Positions 35,345 through 48,400 of a stretch of DNA of 64,000 nt are shown piece by piece (positions within the stretch are counted from its first letter, which is position 1; each line of letters opens with the position of its first letter). Under the pieces are notes generated by a model. The model did no database searches, was not told the origin of the DNA, and saw only the letters and a list, made by a program, of their open reading frames with translations. The stretch is from Heptranchias perlo (taxonomy: Eukaryota), in the NCBI RefSeq assembly GCF_035084215.1, contig NC_090343.1:3038001-3102000 (forward strand), written 5' to 3'. A program made the position numbers and the translations under genes.

Positions 35345-36065
35345 TAGTGGTTGTGGCTTTACAGCCAATGAAGTACTTCGTGAAGTGTAGTCACTGTTGT
35401 ATCGTAGGAAATGCAGCAGATAATTTGCACACAGCAAGATCCCACAAACAGCAATCAACAACAACTTGCATTTATATAGCACCTTTAACGTAGTAAAACG
35501 TCCCAAAGGCGTATCACAGGAGCGATTATCAAACAAAATTTGACACCAAAATACATTAGGAGATATTAGGACAGGTGACCAAAACCTCCGTCAAAGAGGT
35601 AGGTTTTAAGGAGCGTCTTAAAGGAGAGAGAGTTGGAGAGGTTTAGGGAGGGAATTCCAGAGCTTAGGGCCTAGGCAGCTGAAGGCACGGCCGCCAATGG
35701 TGGGGCAAAAGGAGTGGGAGATGCACAAGAGGCCAATGTTGGAGGAATGCAGAGATCTTGGAGGCTTGTAGGGCTGGAGGAGGTTCCAGAGAGAGGGAGG
35801 AGCGAGGCCTTGGGGGGATACGAACAGCAGGATGAGAATTTTAAAATCGAGGCATTGATGGACTAATGCAGGTCAGCGAGCACAGGGGGTGATGGGGTGG
35901 AGATCAGTTTTCCAAATGTGGCACTATGGAAGCTGGACTTCTGGTCTCACCTCTGCAGATGTGCGAAGGTGCAGGAACATTCCAGTCTGTAGACCACTCG
36001 CACATTTCCTCCACCCTCCATAAACTTCAGCTCATTCAAAACTCTGCTGCCCGTACCCTTACCCT
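35345..36065. mobile_element. SINE tail, L2 3' fragment (35455-35897, -) and its inverted 5' piece (35925-36065, +)
   Basis: L2 tail and ORF motifs. The 35925-36065 piece matches 27780-27905 in reverse orientation. Confidence 0.7.
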
Positions 36066-38366
36066 GCTACTGTCATACGATTCACTGGGAATTAGTATTA
36101 CACATGTAAGGCTGCATTTATTACTCAACCCTAGTTGCCCTGATTGGCAGGACATTAAGAGTCAACTACAGTGTTGCACAGGAGTTTTATATATATGTAG
36201 GCCAGATGGGGTAGGGAAGGAGTAACAGGCATTGTTCCCTGAAGATTAGTGAATCATTTGGGTTTTTACAACATTCCGATAGTTTTCATGGGTCAATTTT
36301 TTTCTGGTGCCAATTTATAAATCACCAGATTTATTGAATTCAATTTCACAACTTTCCTATGCTGGAATTCATGACCTCTGGGTTGTGAGTCCAGCACCAT
36401 AAACTTTGACCCCAATGTGTGTCCTCTCTCTCTCTCTCACTGGTCTATATACGTCTTGGGCACTGGTCTACAGGTACCACCTCGACAGCACCCATTACCC
36501 CATTACTACGCACCCCCCCCCCCAACAACTATCCTGTACCCCAATGTATTTCACCCTAGTGTTACACGGCTTCAAAGGTGCTGTCCGGATAATGTTCCAA
36601 GTTCAGAGGCACAAAACTATTTGCACTGATGAGTGTTTTCAGAGTTCACAAGATCATTTTGGATAAAGAAACCCTTCAGCCCATTTTGAACTCACCCATC
36701 CAAATCCTACCTGCCCATTGGAGCTGAGAGAACCTTCTGACCATGTTATTCGATGTAACTTGGTAGTGTTTACCCGCACGGGGCAGCGCCAAGCTTGGAG
36801 AAGTGATTGCGACTGTAAGGAATGGGTTAATATTGATTTCTTTTATATTCATTTCTGGCTTTTGTTTGCTGAGTGAGGAGGCTGTAAATATCAGTTTCAT
36901 TTCCGGTGAAATGTTCAGTGGGAATTAAAAGAGACTTTAGCATTCGGCTACAAGCTTGTCCAAGTCCCGTAGATATCTCAGCTGTCCTCCTGGGGATTAA
37001 CTCCTCCAAGGACACATCTGTGCAGAGGCCGGTGATAACTCGCCTGTAGGAGAGTCTTGGGTCCCTGTAACTGTCTCCAGTTGAATGACGTAATTGTCAA
37101 CTCAGTCAAGGTAAAGCCTTGATAAGGTGTAGGGGAGACCTTCGTGTTAAAACTGAAATTCATTAAGTGAATAACGGGATGAGGTAATCCTGTGAAACCT
37201 GCGGATTCTCCCGGAGCCAGAGTGAAAGGAAGGTTTAAAAAGAGGGGGTTGGAACAGATACTTCAGAATTCGACAAGGCTTCGGCCAACCCATCCCCTCG
37301 TCATCAAAACCTGTGACGTGGTGAATTCTCCGGTCTTGTATTGTAAGTATGAGCCTGAGTGTAATTATTAATAATAATGGTTATTATTGTAAGGCTTAAT
37401 ACCCTTGAAAGCCAATAAATGCAGTTGAACCCTTTCATCTTGTGGAATAACTTATAAAATTATAAGTGAGACCATCTATTCCCTAGTGACACAACAGTGA
37501 CGCCAATGTTTTAAATTTACACAGAGCCCTCCTTAAAATAAACAAGTCCAAAATATTTTTCATGAAAGGGGACATCATCTCCACATAAAAGCTGATCACC
37601 AGATGAGAAAATAATATCAATCAGGTTATACACGTCGCTGTAACACTGCGATGAAACACACTGACAGACCCCACCTCTCCAGATCACACTGGGCCCCTTT
37701 AAATTTCACAACACCATTACAAAAGACATTTTCAATCTGGTTTTAATATGAAATTCTTGGAAAAATGCATCCATACCTAGTTATCATAATATAACTCGAA
37801 ATAACGGCTGAACAGAATAAGGCTACAATGAGAGATCCGCCTGGCTCCATCACAGAGTTTCGGATATTCCAGGACTTTCACGAGTCGAGAAAGGGAGCCA
37901 AACAGTTCATGGCAATTGATTCCCTGCTCCAACATCGCAGCCGATCGAAAGGAATTTGCTGACGAGCTTAAAAAGGTCACTTGGAGCGTTTTGTAAGATC
38001 ACGGGCTGCAACTAACAAATAAAAACAGGAGGATGACAACAGACAAGAGTGTACTTACCCTGTGGCCGTTACGGCCCGTGGTCTTTATGCAGCCACTACA
38101 GGTCAAGCAATTATTGCAGTCTGGAAAACTCTGGCCAGCTACACACAAGTATTTTACAATCGTTCTGCAGTTGCTACTGTCTGTTGCAAGAAGTTGGTTC
38201 TCCCCCCTCACTTCCTCTTCCCCCCCCCACACCTGCTGCAGGTTAACTGTAGATTCCCAACGTGCCGATTTCTCCACACTCAGCACCGGGTCCTCTCTGC
38301 ACCAGCTGATCGCACGGTGACGGTGATGACGACGACGCCCCCCCTCCCCCAACTGCTGCGCGGCAC

Positions 38367-38539
38367 CTAAACCCTCCTGCGCTTGGCTCCGCTGGGGCTG
38401 GACGGGTTACTGTTCACACTGAGGAGGCTGGCAGTGGCTCGGTTCCTTTTCCGCTTGTCGATCACCTCCTTCGTCCCGGCCTCTCCGGGAGCCAGCGCTT
38501 TCTCCTTCACCACGGGCTTCTCCGCCATCTTCGCATTAC
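38367..38539 (-). CDS. MRGBP: MRGBP exon 5 (…DKRKRNRATASLLSVNSNPSSPSGAKRRRV*)
   Basis: CTCCAG acceptor. The C-terminal NSNPSSPS.AKRRR motif is conserved in MRGBP. Confidence 0.93.
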
Positions 38540-38837
38540 CTGGAGATGCAAGAATCTAAACAGATCATTGTTAAAATGAAACGGACAATCACCATAAGCT
38601 GCACAGAAACACAATCACCCGCAGCGAGAACTCGCTGGTTTACTGTTAGCAGAATGTCACAGCATTAAATAATGGAACACAACTCACCAAAACCAAAGCC
38701 CAGTGTCACCGAGTCACAACTGCCCAATTTACCGTCTCTTCTCCTTTACTATTTTTAACCACAATCGTGTCTTGCACTATGGGCTTTCACCATTCTCAAT
38801 AACAAAAAAAATGTGTATATATCTACATTAATAAATA

Positions 38838-39262
38838 TCAGCCGTGCTCAGTGGGCAGCACTCTCATCCCTGCGTCAAAAGGTTGTGGGTTCAAGTCCCA
38901 GTCTAGGGACTCGAGAACATAATCCAGGCTAACACTCCCCGTGGAGTACTGAGTGAGCACTGCACTGTCGGAGGTGTCATCTTTTGGATAGGACATTAAA
39001 CCAAGGCCCCGTCTGCCCTCTCAGGTGGAGGTAAAAGATCCCACGGCCACAATTCGGGAGTTCTCCCCGGTGTCCTGGGCCAACATTTATCTCTCAACCA
39101 ACATCATCAAAACCAGGTGATCTGACCATTTATCTAATTGCTGTTTGTGGGAGCTTGCTGTGCGCAAATTGGCTGCCTACATTACAATAGTGACTAACTT
39201 CTGCTTTGGAAAGTCTTGATGGCGTGAAAGGTGCAACATAAATGCAAACTCTTTCTTTCTTC
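38838..39262 (+). mobile_element. Deu-domain SINE
   Basis: tRNA-like head, Deu core and TCTTTCTTTC tail. Confidence 0.85.
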
Positions 39263-40123
39263 ATATTAAAAATCATATCTCTGTGCACACTTACTGTCAA
39301 TTTCTTTCCCATTATTAATTCCTATGACCACACCAATAATGGAAACTGCCTATGTAAACTTGTCACACTGTAATTACACTCTCGATCCAGTGGAGGCACT
39401 GTACAGGTATCCACCAACTCACTGAGCAACACCATAGGAGTAATTTATGGAGCACCGGATACCTGTGGCTAGCGCCTCTCAGATCTCAGTTCCAATTCAG
39501 TCTGTACCAATAGGATGAAATATCCTCCCTTAGCTTACTGTAGGGGGCTGATTGCAAATCAGTTTGAGTCGCCTTGACCCAGTTCCTAATGGGCATGAAT
39601 CTACAGCATTAAACTACACACAGTTAACAAAGCAATGGCAAGACAGCTGGTGTGGGGAATGGAAACACCGCCCTCATTACGGAGTACTCCTCGAGTTAAT
39701 GAGGCACATCGTTCTCTGCCCCTCTCAGGTGAGGGTGTTGATCCCTCCCTGGGGTCCTTGCACTGGGGTCCGTCATGCCTGAGCCTTATGCTGAGAGTCA
39801 GCAGGCTTTGAAGGCAGGAGCTGAGCCTGTTCCAGTCGTCACCGACATCTCGACATTCAGGGCACACCGAACAATCGTCAGCAGAGGCTACTCTGGCCGA
39901 CTGACCACTCCTGAACCCAGTGTAGAGTCCCTACCTCTGCCCTGTCAGCTAATTCAGCACAACAAACGTGAACTTTGACTGAACAGTCAACAGTCACTGA
40001 CTGGGTAAATTCGCAAAGCCTTTTAAGCAATGTTAAACCTGGCCTGACGCTAGTATTAGGTTCCACTCCCGCTCACCTGGACACAAACACAAAAACTGAG
40101 CATTACATGTACTGGATACTCAC

Positions 40124-40198
40124 CCTCGTCAGTAAGAGTCTGCTCAGGCAACTCCTCCTTGTGCTCCTCCTTCAGTTCTTCCTCCGTTCCGCTCTTCC
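40124..40198 (-). CDS. MRGBP: MRGBP exon 4 (GKSGTEEELKEEHKEELPEQTLTDE)
   Basis: CACAG acceptor and GTGAGT donor, phase 1/1, acidic segment. Keeps the frame between exons 3 and 5. Confidence 0.85.
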
Positions 40199-40259
40199 CT
40201 GTGACAGAAGATCATCAAAATGTCACACACGGAATTCACAAATTCACTTAAAAAGTGAA

Positions 40260-41285
40260 ACTAGTCTCCAGCCCGAGAGTGACCGGTACCTGTGGAACGG
40301 GTCTCCAGCCCCAGAGAGTGACCGATACCTGTGGAACTAGTCTCCAGCCCCAGGGAGTGACCGATACCTGTGGAACTAGTCTCCAGAACAAGAGAGTAAC
40401 CGGTACCTGTGGAACCAGACCCCAGCTCCAGTGAGTGACCGGTACCTGTGGAACCAGACTCCAGCCCCAGGGAGTGACCGGTACCTGTGGAACTAGACTC
40501 CAGCCCCAAAGAGTGACCGGTACCTGTGGAACCAGACTCCAGCCCCAGGGAGTGACCGGTACCCGTGGAACCAGACTCCAGCCCCAGGGAGTGACCAGTA
40601 CCTGTGGAACCAGACTCCAGCCCCAGGGAGTGACCGGTACCTGTGGAACTAGACCCCAGCCCCAGGGAGTGACCGGTACCCGTGGAACCAGACTCCAGCC
40701 CCAGGGAGTGACCGGTACCTGTGGAACTAGACCCCAGCCCCAGAGAGTGACCGGTACCTGTGGAACTAGACCCCAGCCCCAGGGAGTGACCGGTACCCGT
40801 GGAACCAGACTCCAGCCCCAGGGAGTGACCGGTACCTGTGGAACTAGACCCCAGCCCCAGGGAGTGACCGGTACCTGTGGAACCAGACTCCAGCCCCAGG
40901 GAGTGACCGGTACCTGTGGAACTAGTCTCCAGCCCCAAAGAGTGACCAGTACCCGTGGAACCAGACTCCAGCCCCAGGGAGTGACCGGTACCTGTGGAAC
41001 TAGACTCCAGCCCGAGGGAGTGACCGGTACCTGTGGAACCAGACTCCAGCCCCAGGGAGTGGCCGGTACCTGTGGAACCAGACTCCAGCCCGAGGGAGTG
41101 ACCGGTACCTGTGGAACCAGGCTCCAGCCCCAGGGAGTGACCGGTACCTGTGGAACCAGGCTCCAGCCCCAGGGAGTGACCGGTACCTGTGGAACCAGGC
41201 TCCAGCCCCAGGGAGTGACCGGTACCTGTGGAACCAGGCTCCAGCCCCAGAGAGTGACCGGTACCTGTGGAACCAGACTCCTGCA
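40260..41285. repeat. 39-bp minisatellite (CCAGCCCCAGGGAGTGACCGGTACCTGTGGAACCAGACT)n, ~26 copies, in MRGBP intron 3
   Basis: Tandem repeat visible. Confidence 0.95.
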
Positions 41286-41673
41286 CCAATCATCGTTGCT
41301 GGGATAGAGGAACGACTGGACAAAGAGATGTACAATGTACAAATTCAGTAATAAACCAATTATAACAAAACTTATTTGTTTTAAAATACAAAACCACAAA
41401 TCTGGGTACCCTGTCCCTTTGGCGGTTCCTCTGAAGGACACCCAGTGGGACGTAGGTGGGACACGACTCTCTCACACCACTGGAGAGAGGTGCAGAGTGT
41501 GCACGATACACATTGTGCAGGCAGGGTGACATGTTCAGCCATTGCTAAGAGCTCCAGTTTCTCCTGCGGAGGAAGGTGACTGAGGAAGGTTAGGATTTCA
41601 ATCACAGAGTTTAAACTTTAGCAGGAGACGTTAGCCCCCAAGGAAGGAACTCTGCTAGGTCACAACTCGGTAC

Positions 41674-41755
41674 CTTCTTTCACTTCGTGAATAATATCTT
41701 CGGGTAGAACAAAATTCCGCTCGCCATTTGGGAAAGGCAGGATTTCTGACTCGTG
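41674..41755 (-). CDS. MRGBP: MRGBP exon 3 ([27 protein letters not shown])
   Basis: TTTTCCAG/GTACC boundaries. The [18 protein letters not shown] motif includes the FxLP MRG-binding motif. Confidence 0.95.
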
Positions 41756-42894
41756 CTGGAAAAGAGACACAACAGCCAATAAACAAGAGAACCCAAACAC
41801 AGAAAATAACAGTTTCACATTCGTGTGAAATCTAACGTGGAAAATCGTCCCAAAGTACTTCACAGAGACGGGAGGAGGAAAATAACATATAGCAAAGGAG
41901 GAGAGATATGGGGAGGTGATTAAAAGCTCGGTCAAAGAGGTGGGTTTTAAGGAGGGGCTTAAAGGAGGTGGAGAGATTTAGGAAGGAAATTGCAGAGTGC
42001 GGAGCCCAGGAGGCTGAAAGCACGGCCACTGATGGTGCGACAGAGTGGGGGGGAAAGGAAGTGCACCGGAGGTCAGAATCAGAGGAAGCAGAGTTCAGGA
42101 TAGACCATGCATTCAGCTCCGCGGCCCTCAGCTCTCGAATTCCCTCCCTAGACCTCCATGCCTCTCCACCTCTCTCTCCTCCTTAAAACCTCTCTCTTTA
42201 ACCAAGTGGTCACCTGTCCTAATATCTCCTTATGTGGCTCAGTGTCAAATTTTTGTTAATCGCTCCTGCGAAGCGCCTTGGGAGGTTTTACTGCGTATAA
42301 ATACAAGTTGTTGCTGTTAGTGAGAGAGGGGTGAGGCCATGGAAGGGGGGGGGGGTGGAATTTAAACACAAGGATGAGTGTTTTAAATTTGAGGCATTGG
42401 GGATGGGCTGAGAGCCAATTCTTTTAAAACAAAGAACTCAATTCTGCGCCCCTCCCCCCACATCACTCACTGGACAACCACATTCCCTCATGCACTGAGC
42501 CATACAGACAAATCCCCAGCTCCGTCACCACTCTGCACCAAGTTAGCTGATGCCAGGCAGGGCGTAGTCCCCCTGGGCTGGGGAACGGAAAATCCAGCAG
42601 GGTCCCTGACAGTAACCGCAGTTCCTGCTCCCAACCATCCTCCAATGACGCTGCTGGAATAGCACCCTGTGAGCGGATGTCGGGAGAGTATATGATCGGG
42701 CTTCGCTGCGATTCCCCAACGTTGGCATTACTAGTTTTTAAAAAGTCTTTTTAAAATTAATTCGGGGGATGTGGGCGTTGCTGGCAAGGCCGGCATTTAT
42801 TGCCCGTCCCGAGTTGCCCCTTGGAAAGGTGGTGGTGAATTGCCTTCTCGGACCACTGCCCCTCCGTGTCCATTAACACAACCAGTACACCAAA

Positions 42895-43352
42895 TAAAAA
42901 GAGGTTATGTTACGGGAATAGTAATCCAGAGGCTTGGGCTAATAATCCAGAGGCAAATCCCACCATGACGGTTTGAGAATTGGAATTCAATATAAAAAAA
43001 TCTGGAAATAAAAATCTGGTCCCAGTAAAAGTGACCATGAAGCTGTCGGATTGTCGAAAAAACCCAACTGGTCCTTTAGGGAAGGAAACCTGCCGTCCTT
43101 ACCCGGTCTGGGCCTATTTGTGACTCCAGTCCCACACCAACATGGTTGACTCTTAACTGCCCTCTGAAGTGGCCCAGCAAACCCCTCAGTTGTGCAAAGA
43201 ATAACTAGCACTGTGGGAGCACCTTCCCCACACGGACTGCAGTGGTTCAAGGAGCAGGCTCACCACCGCCTTCTCAAGGGGCAACTAGGGACGGGCAATA
43301 AATGCCGGCCTCGCCAACGATGCCCACATCCCGAGAACGAATAATGAAAAAA
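42895..43352 (+). mobile_element. Near-complete tRNA-derived SINE with a 3' tail homologous to the 60.9-63.0 kb LINE
   Basis: Head GGTTATGTTAC..TAGTAATCCAGAGG, core, and LINE-like tail (GCACTGTGGGAG..CACACGGACTGCAG..GGGCAATAAATGCC). Confidence 0.8.
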
Positions 43353-44411
43353 ACATTATCTCAGCTCAGACTTGAAAAATAGACACTCGTGAGGTGAGAG
43401 AGCTGTCGAACTGCACCCTGCTTAGAACAGTGGATTCAGGAGAGTGAGGGAACAGAAGGAATCTGGGAGATTGGGGGAAGACAAAGCTACTTTTTAAAAG
43501 TAGATTGAGATATAAATGCTATTAATACTTCAAATGGCCCTAAACCAAGATTGGGTGAATCACAGGAACAGAAAACAGCCTAACCAGCTCACATGCACCA
43601 GCCATTTTTCTAGCAGAAAGTTATTAAAATTAATGTACTCCAAACATGCCCTTTAATCAAACATCAACAGTGCAAATTACTCTGCATTTAGTTCTAACTC
43701 ATGTATGGGTTGTATTCCTGTTATTTATAATCACTATCTGTTTACCCACTGGACTGTGTGGAGAATTTTTGTGCAAAACATCTTTAAGAGTCCAAACACT
43801 TAAAGGAGCATCATCCTCAGAAAAGGTGCAGAGCAAACCATTTTTTTCTTTCAAAGAGCCGGCACAGGCATGATGGGCCGAATGGCCTCCTCCTTCTGTG
43901 GTGTAAGATTCTATGACAAGAGTAGACAGAAGTAGGCTGTTCCCAGTGATTGAAGGGTGTAGAATGACGGGACATAGAGAGAAGATTAAATGTACTTTGC
44001 GAACAGGAGAAACCCTTTAACACAGAGGGCCGTGGAATGCACTCCCAGTGTTAGTGATTGAAGCAGAGACCGTATCAACATTTAATGGGTTAGACAGGTG
44101 GGTGAAGGAAAGGGGGATAAAGGGATACGGGAACAGGGCGGGTACACGGGATTAGGATACTGCTCGTGTGAAGGACAAACACCAACACAGACTGATTGGG
44201 CTGAAAGACCCTCTTTCCGGTTTGCAATTTCTGTGTAGCTCTCTGACCGCTTGCGTGCAACACAATGAAAGACTGACTGGGTATCAAACGCAACGGTGCC
44301 TGTGACGCAATTAGTGTCATCATGTGGGTGTAAACCGACTTCTCCATGACGAGTGACCCTTCAACTGGCCAGGCCCCGCCCCCAAAACCAAATTTGTGAC
44401 CAGCTGCATAC

Positions 44412-44533
44412 CAGTGCTTGCATGTCATACATGACATTCAGATGTTCCCAAACTATTCTTGAGGAGACCTGCCGTCCGATATTCTGACTGAACTTGTCCC
44501 GGATACAGATCATGTGGAAATGCCGGTTAACTC
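44412..44533 (-). CDS. MRGBP: MRGBP exon 2 ([41 protein letters not shown])
   Basis: (TC)n-TACAG acceptor and GTATGC donor. Eaf7/MRGBP domain core. Confidence 0.96.
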
Positions 44534-45404
44534 CTGTAGAGAGAGAGAGAGAGAAATCGGCATTTATTGAGCAATAAAATGAATGGCCGGTTTTTAGTGA
44601 TGTTGGTTGAGGGATAAATATTGGCCCAGGACACCGGGGAGAACTCCTCTGCTCTTCCTCCAATAGTGGCCGTGGGGTCTTTTATATCCACCCGAACGTG
44701 CGACCAGGTCTTAGTTTAAGGTTGCACTCCCTGAGGACTGCACTGGGAGTGTCAGTCCAGATTCTGTGCTCAAGTCTCTGGAGTGGGCCTTAAGCCAACA
44801 ACCTTTTGACTCAGGAGGCGAGAATGATCGAGTCAAACTGACACGATCAATGGAAAGAGAAGCTCACAGTTCCACACCAGTATATCTCAGTCACCCCACA
44901 CTCAGCCCGTAAGCCACGGGATCGCCATCACTTTACACCGTGCTCAATTTCCCACGGTCAGGGAATGGGAGAGTCAAACGGGCAGGAGCTTTATTTAAAC
45001 ATGAATTTGAGGCTTGGGATGTCCTGCTCATCTGACCCAACATTCGGCCGTGCAGAACATCCTCTTACATGAAATGGGGGTCCAGGATTACCGGGTGCTG
45101 TTAAGCATTCACAAGTTGGTGGAAAGGACACAGTTCCGTTAAGGTTAAGTTGTTTTTAAGTCACTCTTAAACTGCTTTTCTTTTTCCGCCCTGTTGGCAG
45201 GATGGATTCTCAGGACCATTGTGTCAAGTGTTCTCAAATAAAACTTCTGACCTCGTACCATTCTGGCATGAACTGAGATAAATGGATGAGGGCCAAAGAA
45301 AGGAGTGGCGGGGGCCATGCCAGACCAAGCCAGGCCAGACCACCTGACAGCTTCGCTCTGCCCAGCCGGTGGTACCTCACACCTACATCTGCGAACAGAG
45401 GCGA

Positions 45405-48400
45405 ACATAAGAAATAGGAGCAGGAGCAGGCCATTCGGCCCCTCGAGCCTGTTCCGCCATTCAATAAGATCATGGCTGATCTTCTACCTCAACTCCACTT
45501 TCCCGCCCTATCCCCATTTCCCTTGATTCCCTTAGAGTCCAAAAATCTATCAATCTCAGCCTTGAATATATTCAACGACTGAGCATCCACAGCACTCTGG
45601 GGCAGAGAATTCCAAAGATACACAACCCTCTGCGTGAAGAAATTCCTCATCTCAGTCCTAAATGTCCGACCCCTTATCCTGAGACTATATCCCCTAGTTT
45701 TAGATTCTCCAGCCAGGGAAACATCATAAGAACATAAGAAACAGGAGCAGGAGTAGGCCATACGGCCCCTCGAGCCTGCTCCACCATTCAATAAGATCAT
45801 GGCTGATCTTCGACCTCAACTCCACTTTCCCGTCCAATCCCCATATAATCCTCTCAGCATCTACCCTGTCAAGCCCTCTCAGAATCTTATATGTTTCAAT
45901 GAGGTCACCTCATTCTTCTGAATTCCAGAGAGTATAGGCCCATTCTACTCAACCTCTCCTCATAGGACAACCCTCTCATCCCAGGAATCAATCTCGTGAA
46001 CCTTCGTTGCACCGCCTCTAAGGTAAGTATATCCTTCCTTAGGTAAGGAGACCAAAACTGTACACAGTACTCCAGGTGAGGTCTCACCAAAGCCCTGTAC
46101 AATTGTATAAGACTTCCTTATTCTTGTACTCCAACCCCCTTGCAATAAAGGCCAACATAGCATTTGCCTTCCTAATTGCTTGCTGTACCTGCATGTTAAC
46201 TTTCTGTGTTTCGTATTCAAGGACAGAATCTGAAATCCCTCTGATCACCAGCATTTAATAGTTTCTCACCATTTAAAAAATATTCCGTTTTTCTATTTTT
46301 CCCACCAAAGTGAATAACCTCACATTTCCCCACATTACACTCCATCTGCCTCCTTCTTGCCCACTCACTTAACCTGTCTATATCCCTTTGCAGACTCTTT
46401 GTGTCCTCCTCACAGCTTACTTTCCCACCTAGATTTGCATCATCAGCAAACTTGGATACATTACACTCGGTCCCTTCATCTAAGTCATTAATATAGATTG
46501 TAAATAGCTGAGGCCCGAGCACCGATCCCTGTGGCCCCCCACTAGTTACAGCCTGCCAACCTGAGAATGACCCGTTTATTCCTACTCTCTGTTTTCTGTC
46601 CGTTAACCAATCCTCTATCCATGATAATATATTATCCCCAATCCCATGAGCCCTTATCTTGTGTAACAACCTTTTGTGTGGCACCTTATCGAATGCCTTT
46701 TGAAAATCCAAATATACTACATCCACTGGTTTCCCTCTATCTACCCTGTTAGTTACATCCTCAAAAAATTCTAATAGATTTGTTAAACACAATTTCCCTT
46801 TCATCAAACCATGTTGACTCTGCCTAATCAAATGATGATTTTCTAAGTGCCCTGTTACCACTTCCTTAATAATAGATTCCAGCATTTTCCCAAAAACCGA
46901 TGTCAGGCTAACTGGCCTGTAGTTCCCTGTTTTCTCTCTCCCTCTTTAATAGCGGGGTGACATTTGCTACCTTCCAATCCATTGGGACCGCACTGGAATC
47001 TAGGGAATTTTGGAAGATCACAACCCATGCATCCATTATATCTGCTGCCACCTCTTTTAGAACCCTAGGATGTAGGCCATCAGGTCCAGGGGATTTGTCG
47101 GCTTTTAGTCCCATTAATTTCTCCAGTACTTTTTCTTTACTAATATTAATTATTTTAAGTTCCTCACTCTCATTAACCCCCTGGTTCCCCTCTATTACTG
47201 CTATGTTTTTTGTGTCTTTTACTGTGAAGTCAGATACAAAATTGTCAACGAACATATATTTCCATTTCCATTTAACATCTCTGCCATTTCCTGATTCCCC
47301 ATTATAATTTCTCCTGTCTCAGCCTCTAAGGGACCCACGTTTACTTTCGCTAATCTCTTTTTTTACATACTTGTAGAAGCTCTTACAATCTGTTTTTATA
47401 TTTCTTGCACGTTTACTCTCATTCTATTTTCTCCCTTTTTATCTATTTTTTGGTCATCCTTTGCTGGTTTCTGAAACTCTCCCAATCCTCAGGCTTATTA
47501 CTCTTCTTGGCAACATTACAGGCCTCTTCTTTTAATCTAATACTATCCTTAACTTCTTTAGTTAGCCATGGATGGATCACTTTTCCTGTGGAATTTTTAT
47601 TTCTCAATGGAAATATATGTTCGTTGACAATTTTGAAATATTTCTTTAAATGTTTGCCATTGCTTATCTACCATCATACCCTTTAATCTAATTTCCCAAT
47701 CTACCTTAGCCAACTTGCCCCTCATACCTATGTAATTTGCTTTATTTAAGTTTAAGATTCTGGTTTCGGACTCAAGTACATCACTCTCAAACTCAATGTG
47801 AAATTGTATCATATTATGATCACTCTTCCCCAGAGGATCCTTTATTATGAGATTACTAATTAACCCCGTGTCATTAGTCAAGACGAGATCTGGAATAGCC
47901 TGTTCCCTGGTTGGTTCCACGACATATAGTTCTAGGAAACTGTCTCGAATACATGCCATTAATTCGTCCTCCAAACTACTTTTGCCAATTTAATTTGTCC
48001 AGTCTATATGAAGATTAAAGTCCCCCACGATTATCACATTTTCTTTGTTACATCTCCTATTATTTCTTGATTAATACTTTGTCCAACACTATAGCTACTA
48101 TTAAGGGGCCTATAAACTACTCCCACCAGTGTTTCCTGCCCCTTGTTATTTCTTATTTCCACCCATACTGATTCTACTTCCTGATCCTCCAAGCCAAGAT
48201 CTTTTCTCACCACTGTCCTTATCTCATCCTTTATTGTTCGGGCTCCACCCCCTCCTTTTCCATTCTGCCTGTCTTTTCTAAACGTCAAGTACCCTGGAAT
48301 ATTTAGTTCCCAAACTTGGTCACCTTGCAACCGTGTCTCTGTAACGGTAAGATCAAACCCATTTATCTCTATCTGTGCCTTTAATTTGTCTATCTTGTTA

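Noticed and set aside
34400-36815. Exon-like AG...GT segments on the minus strand (~34402-34492, ~35090, ~36711-36812) as upstream kinase exons
   Set aside because: No SH3, unique-domain or MG-myristoylation similarity in any frame checked. They cannot be supported without transcripts.
40248-41441. Repetitive 290-397-aa ORFs (likewise at 10.3, 13.0, 31.2, 50.4 and 52.5 kb)
   Set aside because: Minisatellite translations without stops, lying in introns or intergenic DNA.
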